From Cenococcum geophilum (taxonomy: Eukaryota), in contig CP158636.1 of assembly GCA_050273025.1 (NCBI GenBank), forward strand, positions 8,618,001 through 8,682,000: a stretch of 64,000 nt of DNA, in the 5' to 3' direction. Both the position numbers and the translations under genes were made by a program. Position 1 is the first letter of the stretch. The number at the start of each line of letters is the position of its first letter. This document shows, one piece after another, positions 52,960 through 63,230 of this stretch. The notes beneath the pieces are model-generated. The model did not search any database. It had not been told where the DNA came from and saw only the letters and a program-made list of their open reading frames with translations.

Positions 52960-55900
52960 GACCCTTAAAGGAATTTAAGGACAACACCTAAATTTAAAAG
53001 TTAATTAGTAAGATTAGCAATTTAAAGCGCTAATAGATAGTAGAGTAACACAAAACTATATTTTACTAGCAGTAGTTAAGAGAATGGGACTACCTTATAG
53101 ATAAAGGAAGTAATCTTACCTATTAGTTACGATTTTAGGAGATCTAATAACCTATAGAGGAGGGATTATTAATCTTAAAACAGGACCTATTTAGATAACT
53201 ATTAAAGAAAGACAAATTAAGATATCTTTTAATATCCTACCGTTGGGACGGGACAAGGCAGTATTAGGTATGCCTTAGTTATAGGAATATAATCCAAAGA
53301 TCGATTAGATTATAGGTTAGGTTAATATTAGAGATACTTAACGCCGTAAGATGTAATAATAAGCTAAGTTGGTATAGTACTAAGTAGGAGCAACCTACGA
53401 AGAAATAGAAAAAGGACTAAGTTATATACCAAAGAGATACCATAAGTATAGCAAAAAACTATAGTCACCGGAAAGTAAAAAGCTGTTAGAATATATAGTA
53501 TAGGACTATAAGATAGAGTTAGAACCAGAAATAAGTCTAAAGTTCTTTCCAATCTACAAGCTTACCAAAGAAGAAGGTAGAGCGTTAAAAGAGTTTGTCT
53601 AGGAAAATTTATAAAAGGAATATATTAGACCATCGCAGTTATTAGCAGGTTATCCAGTACTATTTATACTAAAGAAAAACGGTAAACTAAGGCTATGTAT
53701 TAACTATAGATAGCTAAATAGTATTACTAAAAAGGATAGGTATTCTTTACCCTTAATTAGTGAAATCTAAGACAGGATAGGTAATGCGTAAATCTTTACG
53801 AAGATAGATCTAAGATGGGCGTACCATTAGATTAGGATTAAGGAAGGCAACAAATAGAAGGCAGCCTTTAGGTTAAAAGAAGGACTATATAAGCCATTAG
53901 TTATGTAATTCGGGCTTATAAACGCACTAGTAACATTCTAGAAGCGTATTAATAGTATATTAGGAGAATACTTAGATAAATTTGTTATGGTATATCTTAA
54001 CAATATTATTATCTACTTAATAACTAAGGAAGAATATAAGGAACACGTTAAATAGGTCTTAAAGAGACTACAAGAAGAACAGATACTAGTAGTAATTAAG
54101 AAATGCGAGTTCTTTACCAGGAAAACCGATTTTGTTAGATTTATTATTAAACTAGGCTAACTTAGTATAGATCTAAAGAAGATTAAGGCTATAGTAAATT
54201 GGTAGGAACTAGAGAACGTTATATAGTTAAGATTGTTCCTAGGGTTTTGCAATTACTATAGAAGGTTTATAGCGTAGTAGTTAAAGAATATTAAGCCATT
54301 TATGCGGTTAATAAAGAAAGAAGAACCATGGGCATAGGGAGAGGAGTAAAGAGAACTCTTTAAGAAAGTTAAAGAGTTATTTACCTAGGAGCCAGTTCTT
54401 AAGATCTATTAACTAGGACTAGAGACGGTTATAGAGACAGATGCATTAAACTATACACTAGGGGCGTGCTTTATGTAAAGATATTAAGATAAATAGCACC
54501 TAGTGGTATACTATAGTCGGAAGATAATACTACCGGAGTTAAACTATAATATCTATAATAAGGAGTTGTTAGGTATAGTTACAGCATTAAAGAAATAGAG
54601 AGTATTCTTATAAGGCATAGAAAAACTATTTATAATTAAAATGGATTATAAGAACCTAATAGGATTTCTAATAATAAAGGAACTTAACTAAAGACAGGTT
54701 AGATAGGCAGAGATGCTTACGGAATACTATTTTAAGATTTAGCATACTAAGGGTACAGATAATACGCAGGTAGATACTCTAAGCCGTAAAGCTAAACTAT
54801 AAAATGAGGAAAAGCTATTAGGGGCTTTATTGCGAAAGGATATAGACAGATTAATTAGGTATAATTATCCGAAAATTATAGCAACTTAAAAAGATAATAA
54901 ACTAGAGAAAGTCTACGAGATACTAGAAAGCTTTTAGGCGTAAAGAATTCTAAAAGCATAGCTAAAAGATTTATAGACGGATATATACAAAAATCGAAAA
55001 GCGAAGTATATTCTAAGAAGTATAGTAGAGTAGTTTATAAAGGACTTTTATAAGGGACTAACCTAAGGACACAATAGAGCTACGGGCTTAGTATTAAGAC
55101 TCTAGGAGGAGTATATTATTAACGGAATCTAAAGGATAGCTAGAAAGGTTACTAAAGAGTATCTAAATTACTAAAGGAATAAACTAACGAGGTATAAGCT
55201 ATATAGAGGGCTATAACCTATTAAAATACTAGAGAGACTATGGGAGGTTATATTATAGGACTTTATTATTAAGTTACTAAAATTAAGAGATTCTATTACC
55301 GGATAAGATTATAACGCGATTTTAGTAATAATAGATAAGCTTATAAAGTAGGAATACTTTATAGCATGCACAGAAGAAATCTCAGCGGAAGATGTTGCTA
55401 GAATCTACGTTAAGGAAGTGTTTATAAAATATGGAGTACTAAGTAAGATTATATCGGATAGAGATTTAAGATTTGTAGCAGTATTCTAGGAAGTGTTTTT
55501 AGCGGAATAAGGAGTTCGAGTAGTAACTTTTACCGTATATTATTTATAGACAGACGGTTAAACAGAGAGATTAAATTAGACATTAGAACAGTATCTAAGG
55601 CATTATATTAATTATGCACAAAATAATTGGGTATCGCTATTACCAGTTACGTAGTTTATATACAATATAACACCCCAAAAAGGAATAGGTATATTACTAT
55701 TTAAGGCAAATTATAGATATAAGCTAAGAATATCGTTATTACTACAATAAGTAAAGAAAATGAGTAGTATAGCTAAAGAAAGAATAAAGGATTTAATAAA
55801 TCTTTATGCAGACCTTATAGAGACAGCTAAGGTAGTACAGCAGAAAATAAAAAAGTACTATAATGCTAAGAGATCTAAGGGACTAGATCTTAAGGAGGGG

Positions 55901-56326
55901 GATAAAGTATGGCTACTACACAAAAATTTTAAGAGTTAACGACTAAGCAAGAAATTGGACCACGTTAGACTAAGACCTTTTAAAATTATATAGAGGATTT
56001 CACCGGTTATATTTAAGTTAAATCTACTAGCCAAAATAAAGATCTACCCTATATAGTATATCGCAATGCTAGAGCTAGTACGTGGGAATGTTAAGCCACT
56101 AGTTTATAAAGCAGACATATATAAAGGACAAGAAAAAGACAAATAGTAAGTTTTAAAGATTATTAATTATAAGGACATCGATAACGAGATATAATATAAA
56201 GTTAAGTGGATAGGCTATACTAAGACTACCTAGAAGCTACTAGAGAATTTAAGAAACGCTATAAAAAAGGTATAGGAGTATCGGGAGAGATTAGGTCAAG
56301 TAGCATTAATAAAGAAGAATCGCTAA
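52960..56326 (+). pseudogene. gypsy pol (protease, RT, RNase H, integrase, chromodomain)
   Basis: 'ALIDS(G)' (~53030), 'PVLFI.KKNGKLRLCI(D)YR.LN', 'FTKIDLRWAYHQIRIKEG', 'YL(D)(D)III', 'ETDA', 'NY.IY.KELL.IV', 'TDGQTERLN', '(G)PFKI' and a chromodomain 'YKVKWIGY' (~56195-56220). Confidence 0.93.
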
Positions 56327-56344
56327 AGAACGAGTCACCTAAGG

Positions 56345-56960
56345 GGGACCCAAGAAGAGCAGTTGCTGAACTACTCGGATCTGTTTCCTTCTCTATTAGA
56401 AGAGAATCCGTTCTTTTATTACCTAGTTCCTATAGACCTTATTCTATAAGTTTCTACTCCTTAAAATAAACCTTCTTACGGACGCGTTAAAGACGCTAAA
56501 CTTTTGCAAAGGCAGACTGCTAAGCCTTAAGGGCACGAGCAGATTCTTCGAATTAACGATAGGCTTCCGCCAGCGCTGCGGCAAGATTACCCTTAAGTTT
56601 TTCTGCCTCGGATTAAATATGAGACCCTAAGACAAATCAATTAGGGAACTAGATGACTGTTAAGAGTAATAGGTCGCGTATATTTAACATTAGAGATAGA
56701 GCAAACGTTATAGGATAACTAAATATTCGCTTTAGTACACTCCAAATAAAAGGAAGATTGCCGGGATAAAGGACTTACTAACGCAACGCAAACTAGCCCC
56801 TCTTTTACACAACAAGAACACGGAGATGGTATTATCTTACCAAGAGACAATATTATAGCAATAGTATAAGACCGACGGGCTATAGAAGAAGAAAAAGGTG
56901 CTTTAGGTATTATAAGCAACGATATTAACCAAATTAATTAGACGGATATTATACCTCTAG
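56345..56960 (-). pseudogene. Antisense Cys-rich accessory ORF in the gypsy 3' region
   Basis: ORF 56719-56919 reads 'PSPCSCCVKEGLVCVAL...ECTKANI'; after a probable intron a helical segment follows ('LEGNLAAALAEAYR.FEESARAL.A'). Confidence 0.55.
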
Positions 56961-57018
56961 TAAACAACCTGGAGATATTAGGTATCTTTAAGAACAAAGA
57001 TAAAGAGGAGGGAGATAG

Positions 57019-57443
57019 TGTTACGGACGCTTTAAGTATAACGTTATAACTACTTAGAGAAGAGATGGAAGAAGCTAGTTAGTTAATATAAGCACGGTCC
57101 AGGATAAAACCCATAAAACCATATAACGAGAAATGGTAAGCAGAGTTATGTAATGTGATCTATATAATCTGTATAATCTATAAGATCTATTGCAAAGCGA
57201 ATAGAGTAGACAGAGTAGACAGAGCAATAACTTTCTTAGGAGTATGGTTATGTATTTAAGGACCCTTAGTCCCTACCTAGATAGTTCCTTCCTTATAGTG
57301 ATTCTTAGAATACAATTAGAGTTAATCTGTTAGGCAACCACTCCACTAGTTATTATTACGTTGTTGACTTTTATACTTGCATTTCCTACACACCTAGCCT
57401 AATAACAAGCCCATTGTAGTTCTTGCTACAAGGTTCCGTTACA
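57019..57443 (+). repeat. 3' LTR of the gypsy element
   Basis: Direct repeat of 49493-49917, preceded by PPT aaagaggagggagatag. Confidence 0.97.
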
Positions 57444-58829
57444 AAAGATCTCTTTAAGTAATGGCTTAATCCCCTAGTTGGTATACTACTTATACAAAAG
57501 TTCCACGGGCTTCGCGATAGACGGTCGGGCCTATACTAGCTACTTAAGGATAGCCGCTAATAGACTAGCGGCATTCTGGTCTGCCTGTGCCTTATAGTTA
57601 TAATATATATAAGCAACTCCAACGGCACCGGTTAGCATTACTTTTAAAAGGTAATCGATTGTGATTACTGCTATTATTATCTTATTGGCTCTAGGGATCC
57701 CGGGACAGAATAGCGTCTTATTTGGTCTATAAAGCCACCTCGTAAACTTAGGGGTATCGAGAAACTACTAACCTATTCCTTTCTGTCTGCGGCCTATAAA
57801 ATTAGATTACTGAGCCGGAAAATCCGTTAGTAATATCTATCCTATAACCTTATTATGCCGTATATGGTCTTAGTCTTACCGTATTATATTAAGTCCAGAT
57901 TCTATATTAGGAACGCGGTTCCAAATAAAGCCCGTATTGTCTTTAATTGCTTAAGATAGTTTGCTTAGACATATAAGCAATATTATCTTATAACGCCATT
58001 ATAGAGACTTATAAGTGGTTTATCTATAACGCAATCTCTACTAGCGTCTTTAGGCGTTCTATCCTGGCCAATATACTAGTAACTTCCTCTTTACTAAAAT
58101 TCTACATAAGCGCGTCGCCTGCCCTTTTTAGTCTGCCTCCGCCAGTTATCTTAGCCTACAGCTCCTTAAGCGCTTGCTTAAACTAATTAAGCGGCCTATT
58201 CTCGACTCCGAGAGCTCGAACCGCGGTATACTATAACTTATTGGAGCTTCCCTTCTTAAGTCAGAACCTTAAGCTAATAAGAAGGCTATTAAGGCTTGAA
58301 GCCTTAACGGCGCATTTTGCCCGGTCTTTTGGGGCACCCTTTATATCGTTAAGGTATCTAAGAACCTTATTAGAGAGCTAGAGAATAGTAACGATACCGG
58401 CCGTAATACTAAGCGGGTCCATATAGAAGAAAGGTATAAAGATATGGTGGGGAGGTATAGAGGCGCGGCGGCAATAAATAAAGGCACGATAGAAGACTTG
58501 GTTGATAAGCCACTCTACTAAAAGAAGAGGGCGACATCGCGTAGATATATTGAGCATAGCAAGGCTAAACAGCGTATCGCTACGCTCACCTCGCCTCATT
58601 ACTTGCGCTACAGATTAACGCTAAGCATCCGCGTACGACTGCGCCTTCTACGCAGGTATTGTATTACGTGCTTGTAACGAAATTAATATAAAGAATGATA
58701 TAAATTTAGTTACTAAGGCGCTTATACCTTGCCGGCGCTAGTAGGGAGGGTAGCCGACCCGCTCCGGCTATACCCTTATCGAGATAGCGGAATATATATA
58801 TATGGAGAGCGTAACTAATATATTAGATA

Positions 58830-59089
58830 TAAGGGGGTAATATAAGCGGGCCACTAGCGCTCCCTATAAGCGTCTTCTACTAGTGCTTATATCGCCATAT
58901 AGCCACATTAAAACAGGTGCTTATTTAGTATTTTATAGGGCCTCTATCTATAGTATATTGCCTATATATTCTAGTAGCTTCTTTACCTTTATAATTTAAG
59001 GATTACTACTTATAAGCTATACGCGATATAGCTAAAACCATGCCAACACTAGTAGGGAGCGCTAGTGGCCCGCTTAGGTAGCCCCCTTA
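58830..59089. mobile_element. MITE (260 bp) with TA flanks, Tc1/mariner-like
   Basis: TIRs TAAGGGGG..AAGCGGGCCACTAGCGCTCCCTA at 58830-58866 and its reverse complement ending at 59089; TA at 58828-58829 and 59090-59091. Confidence 0.8.
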
Positions 59090-60009
59090 TAGCGCCGAGC
59101 GGTGTAGCGGATTAAGCCCCAGCTATATATAGCGAATTTAGCGTTTATGCACCCCACCAAACAACTTTAGGGCAAAGAACCAGAACTTTGCCCCTAACTT
59201 ATATTGGCTTTAAGCAAGAACAGCCTCTAATAAGAAGCCAATATTACACTATACTAGAAGTCTTCCGACCGTTTATATAATCACAGTAATAATAAATATC
59301 GCAATTACTACTGTTATAGTACGTAATATAGTATAAGATTATATAATCGCGGCCACGCGCTGCTAACTGCGTAACTTACTCGCAACAAGATCAATAACAA
59401 CCTATAACTATCACTCGCATATACCATATGCTGTAATACCCCGCCAGTTAGTTCTCCTATAGCTTATAAAATTACTAAATTCTACTAATTAGGAACAGAG
59501 AGGAAAGAAGTATAAGAGATATCCTCTTGCCAAACGCTATCTAAACGCGATAAATTACCTTCTAGCGCGCACGCCCTCGCCTTTAAAGAGACGTAAAAGA
59601 TAAGACACTAATATTCACGGTAATAATACTAAGAATGCTCCACGGCCTTTTAATCCGATAGTTCTATTATCCTTACAAGATAATACTTCGCAGCACTTAA
59701 CCTCTTCTACTCGCAGCTCCACTATATCCCCGCGGTCTCGAAGTCCTACTAAAGGAATTATACCTTTTACATATCTATATGGCCTATTTAATAATATTCG
59801 CTACGGGAGAATAGGTTATTTATTATAACTTATATAAGTTTTCACTAGGCTTTAAATATTATCCTTAAAACCTAATTCTAGGACCCTCTATTTTTAGCTA
59901 ACCGTAATTAGGGGATCCTAGTTATGTCTGGAAAATAGCCACGTTTAAAGAATTATCGGATGCCTAATTAGCCTAAAATAACCAGTCCTCTTAGCAGCGC
60001 CAAATAGGA

Positions 60010-60250
60010 GAACCACATCTAGAGAACAGCTACGTTTAAAGAACAACCATATTTAGAGAACAGCCACGTCTAAAGAACAGCCACGTCTAGAGAACAGCCA
60101 CGTCTAGAGAACAGCCACGTAGAGGGTAGCTATGTCTAGAGAATAGCTAACAGCTACGTCTAGAGAACAGTCACATCTAGAAAGTAAGAACGCTACGTCT
60201 AACAGCCATATCTGGAATAGCTACGTCTAGAGCAATTATATTTAGAAAAT
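60010..60250. repeat. 17-bp minisatellite CAGCCACGTCTAGAGAA
   Basis: Units start at 60061, 60078, 60095 and 60112, with decayed copies on both sides. Confidence 0.9.
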
Positions 60251-61194
60251 AACTAGTTTAACAAACGGTTATATATAGAGAATAATAGTCTGCAGAAAGT
60301 TATAACTAGTCCAAATTTTACCTAGTTTGCCTTCTTTCCACTACGCCTAATATATCTCATTACCATAGATTTAAACGCGGTACTTTTGTTAACACAGCCT
60401 TAAGAAGAAGTTTATAAAGCGCCTCTAAAGGCAAGCATAATATAAAATCTATAATCTAATATAATTAAGATAGCAGAGGTTTTATATAGAACATAATTAG
60501 CAATTTAAAACGCTTGTAAATAAAACCTTTATAGCATTTAGAGCTGCTTTAGCACTTTCTTTTATAGTTAAGCTCTATTAAGAAGTAAGTATAAGGATAC
60601 TTTACGTATAAGATATAAGGGCATTACTTACAAGATATAATCTATAGTTTAGCGCTAGACTTCTGGAGGAAGGACTTCTATAGCTGCTAAGACTTATTGT
60701 CTTCCGTTCTAAACGGGAAATCGGCCAGAAAATCTAGCTCTGGGTAACCATCACGTGGATTTAATAGCTTACCTTAGTAAGCTTAGACCGTAGAATCAAT
60801 TAGCGGATATTGCTAACCTTTTTAGTTAAAAAGTTAATTCTATAGTATGGGAACTATAAAGCTTATTAACCCAAGTTTATAAGTAGTCTATTACTTTTAA
60901 GTCCTAAATTTTCAAACTCTAATTATAATTAACCACTCTATTATATTTCAAGCAGAGGGCTCTATATTAAAGCTCTGCAGTCTAAGTATATACTATATTT
61001 ATAACCAATATAATCTTAATTACGAACTATAAAAGCTATATTAAAAGTCTTTAACCCAAAAGCCTCTATATTAAAAGCCTCTAAATAAGGGCCTATTAAG
61101 TATAAACTCGGGTCAAAATTTTCATTAGCAGACCCCCGACAATTTACATATTGCTTTTAGTTTACCCTATATATAAGGGCAGATCTAAGCAAGC

Positions 61195-61270
61195 TAAAGG
61201 GAGATAAAGCCTTAGGGGAATAATCCCCTAGGGGAATAAAGCCCTAGGGGAATAAAACCATAAGGGAGTG
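61195..61270. repeat. 16-bp tandem repeat CTAGGGGAATAAAGCC
   Basis: 'tagggg' occurs at 61213, 61229 and 61245. Confidence 0.7.
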
Positions 61271-61799
61271 GTAACGCAAGGGCTTTAAAAATCGAGTATT
61301 TAGTTCTAGGTGTAAATAAAGGGCTATTTTTAGCTTCTAAGAGGGTCCTAATTTTAGATATTTCGAGAGCCTAAAATTAGGTCCTCCATTTTTAGGGTCT
61401 TCTCAATCCCCTAAACCTCCTCGCTCCTATCTTTAACCTTTACTTTTCCTTTTAAGCAAATAGCATAAAAAATCCCAATTAAGTAATAAAATTTCCGTAC
61501 AGCTTTCTTATCCCACTAGTAAAGTCATTAAGAAAACGCCAAGCATCTACGTAATACATCTCTTAGCTAAGACAAGACGCTACGCTAAATCTATAGGGCT
61601 AGTACTAATCCCTGCGGAAGACCCGCCTATAGGAGCGCCTATACCTTTAAGCGCGTAAAACTAGCGCACTAACTAGCGTATATATAACCCGGAGGATAAG
61701 CAGGGATATAACTATAATAATAATTATCCTACTTCCCGGAGATCTAAGTTCGTTTAATATCTAAAGATAAGACACGTATATAGAAATTAACTAGATACA

Positions 61800-62400
61800 C
61801 TAGTATCTACTATATAGCTAAGATAAAAACCTCTCCAGATTCTATTACGCATTCGTCACAGTCGCCTTCTAACGCAATCTCGTCCTCCTCTAGCTCTACC
61901 TTAATAATGTCTTTAATCTCACTTTAGAGATACCTCGGCCTATTACACCTTTCCCACTATATTTTCTTGGCAAGCGTTATCTTATTAATTTTATTCCCTA
62001 TAAACTATCTATAACGGACCTTATAATACTATACTACGTATATCTACTCGCCCGGCGCTATAAACTGTCTTTACTTATCTTCTATACAACCACAAAAGCC
62101 ACTAAGCCTAGGATCTGCTATATTACTAAACAGTATAACTACGCCGAATACTATTAGCGCTATCAATACTAGTATCGCCAAGTTCCTACCAGCAGTGCTT
62201 TACCCCTAATAGCACTTTATAAACCCTTTCTAGAAACCGTCCTACCTTTAATATTTAAGTTATCGTAGACGTTAACGGAGGTTACTACTATACTAGTAAA
62301 AAGACTAGCAGCAGCCAGGAAATATAGCTCTTAGGTAAGAATATACTCAGTAAAGTGTTTATATAGACTATTGTTACTATATAGCTAATATTAACTGCTA
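61800..62400 (-). pseudogene. Conserved hypothetical fungal protein fragment
   Basis: De-RIPed 'NIADP.LSGF...EDEQRQFIAPGEQI(C)AVQY.KVRYRWF..NKI.K.TLAK...W' with an acidic tail; function not recognised. Confidence 0.45.
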
Positions 62401-62554
62401 AGCGTATAACTGTTCTAGATTTGCGTCTACTAGAATAGGCCTAACCTATATAAGAGCAAAATAAAATATAAATCTTGGAATTATAAGCTAACACAAAAAC
62501 TTGCAGAAATTAAAAAGGGTAAGATAAACGAGGATAATAAGTTTACTAAGGAAG

Positions 62555-62930
62555 TTAATCGGAATTTTACGGCCTACTGTATAGTTAGCCTATTTACCAG
62601 TTAAACCCACTAACTAGTTAGCCCATTTACCGGTTAAACCTAATAACTAGTAGTTAGCCCGTTTACCAGTTAACCCTAATAACTAGTTAGCCTATTTACC
62701 AGTTAAACTTATTAACTAGTGGTAAGTAAGCCTATTTACCAGTAACCCCAATAACTAGTTAGCCTATTTACCAGTTAAACCCATTAACTAGTTAAACCTA
62801 ATAACTAGTTTATCTATTTGCCAGTCAAACCCAATAACTAGTTAGCCTATTAGTTAAACCCATTAACTAGTCAACCCAATTAACTAAGCCCAATTAACAG
62901 CCCTATTTACCAGTTAACCCCATTTAAATA
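62555..62930. repeat. ~33-bp degenerate tandem repeat (TAGTTAGCCTATTTACCAGTTAAACCCAYTAAC)
   Basis: About 10 copies of 'tttacc(a/g)gt(t)aa(a)cc'. Confidence 0.85.
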
Positions 62931-63005
62931 ATTAAACTCCACTCGACTTAATTGCAGAATTATGGATTAAAAATATCCTATACATAGTATTTGCCAGTTA
63001 TTATA

Positions 63006-63230
63006 GTACTGCAAATATAGAATTTCATTATAATTTTATGGGAGGAGGTTAGTTTAATAATTTATAGTCCTATACTTAGCTCTACAGAACGCACGCCCTT
63101 TTGGCATATAGGTAAATAGACGTTTAAAATCTAGCTACCCTTTCTCTTTCTTTACATTTATTCTTATTAATAGTTAGTGGCGGTATATTGCTTAACTATA
63201 CTGTCCATTGGCTAGTAATATATATACACC
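63006..63230 (+). repeat. Putative element terminus, copy 2 (homologous to 23185-23442)
   Basis: Same-orientation diverged copy lacking a ~27-bp segment present in copy 1. Confidence 0.7.

Larger units (their letters stand above)
49493..57443 (+). mobile_element. Complete Ty3/gypsy chromovirus LTR retrotransposon (7951 bp), RIP-inactivated
   Basis: TG..CA LTRs of 425 bp, 5-bp TSD AAAGA at 49488-49492 and 57444-57448, PPT at 57002-57018, and domain order gag-PR-RT-RH-INT-chromo. Confidence 0.97.
45860..58422 (-). pseudogene. Fungal NLR: N-terminal helical (HeLo-like/STAND N-terminal) - NACHT - ankyrin repeats - ZZ-type zinc finger; split by gypsy and RIP-mutated
   Basis: Starts 'MDPLSITAGIV.IL' at 58422. 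NACHT motifs: 'G(T)G(Q)(W)FL', P-loop 'LFCPGIP(G)A(G)K' (~57680-57710), 'VINALDKC' (Walker B, IDALDEC), 'GM|FLLARL', 'IIRLV(H)YTTQEYF'. About 16 ANK repeats follow, then 'GYW(C)..(C)..DIYG.RFH(C)RDCLD.DY(C)..(C)..H' (ZZ). Introns lie near 57966-58013, 49099-49152 and ~46065-46110. Confidence 0.9.
45431..58778. mobile_element. Non-autonomous TIR element carrying an NLR gene (~5.4 kb excluding the nested gypsy)
   Basis: ~68-bp inverted repeats at 45431-45498 and 58711-58778 that differ only by transitions. The left flank is TA and the right flank is TC, so the TSD is imperfect. No transposase is inside. Confidence 0.7.

Noticed and set aside
2446..58599. Short ORFs in the provided track as functional genes
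   Set aside because: They are stop-free remnants of RIP-mutated genes (e.g. 14755-15012, 39146-39475, and 58378-58599 whose end contains the NLR start) or antisense/off-frame artefacts.
59480..59800. Ser-rich 'SPRSRSPTK' stretch as the start of a PD-(D/E)XK nuclease-like gene
   Set aside because: The resemblance is low-complexity only and no catalytic domain follows.
62555..62930. Telomeric repeats
   Set aside because: TAACCC-like hexamers are isolated within a ~33-bp unit and are not tandem.
23185..63230. The two ~250-bp direct repeats as LTRs of one retroelement
   Set aside because: They are 40 kb apart, differ by indels and transversions, show no clear TG..CA ends or TSD, and enclose no matching gag-pol of their own.
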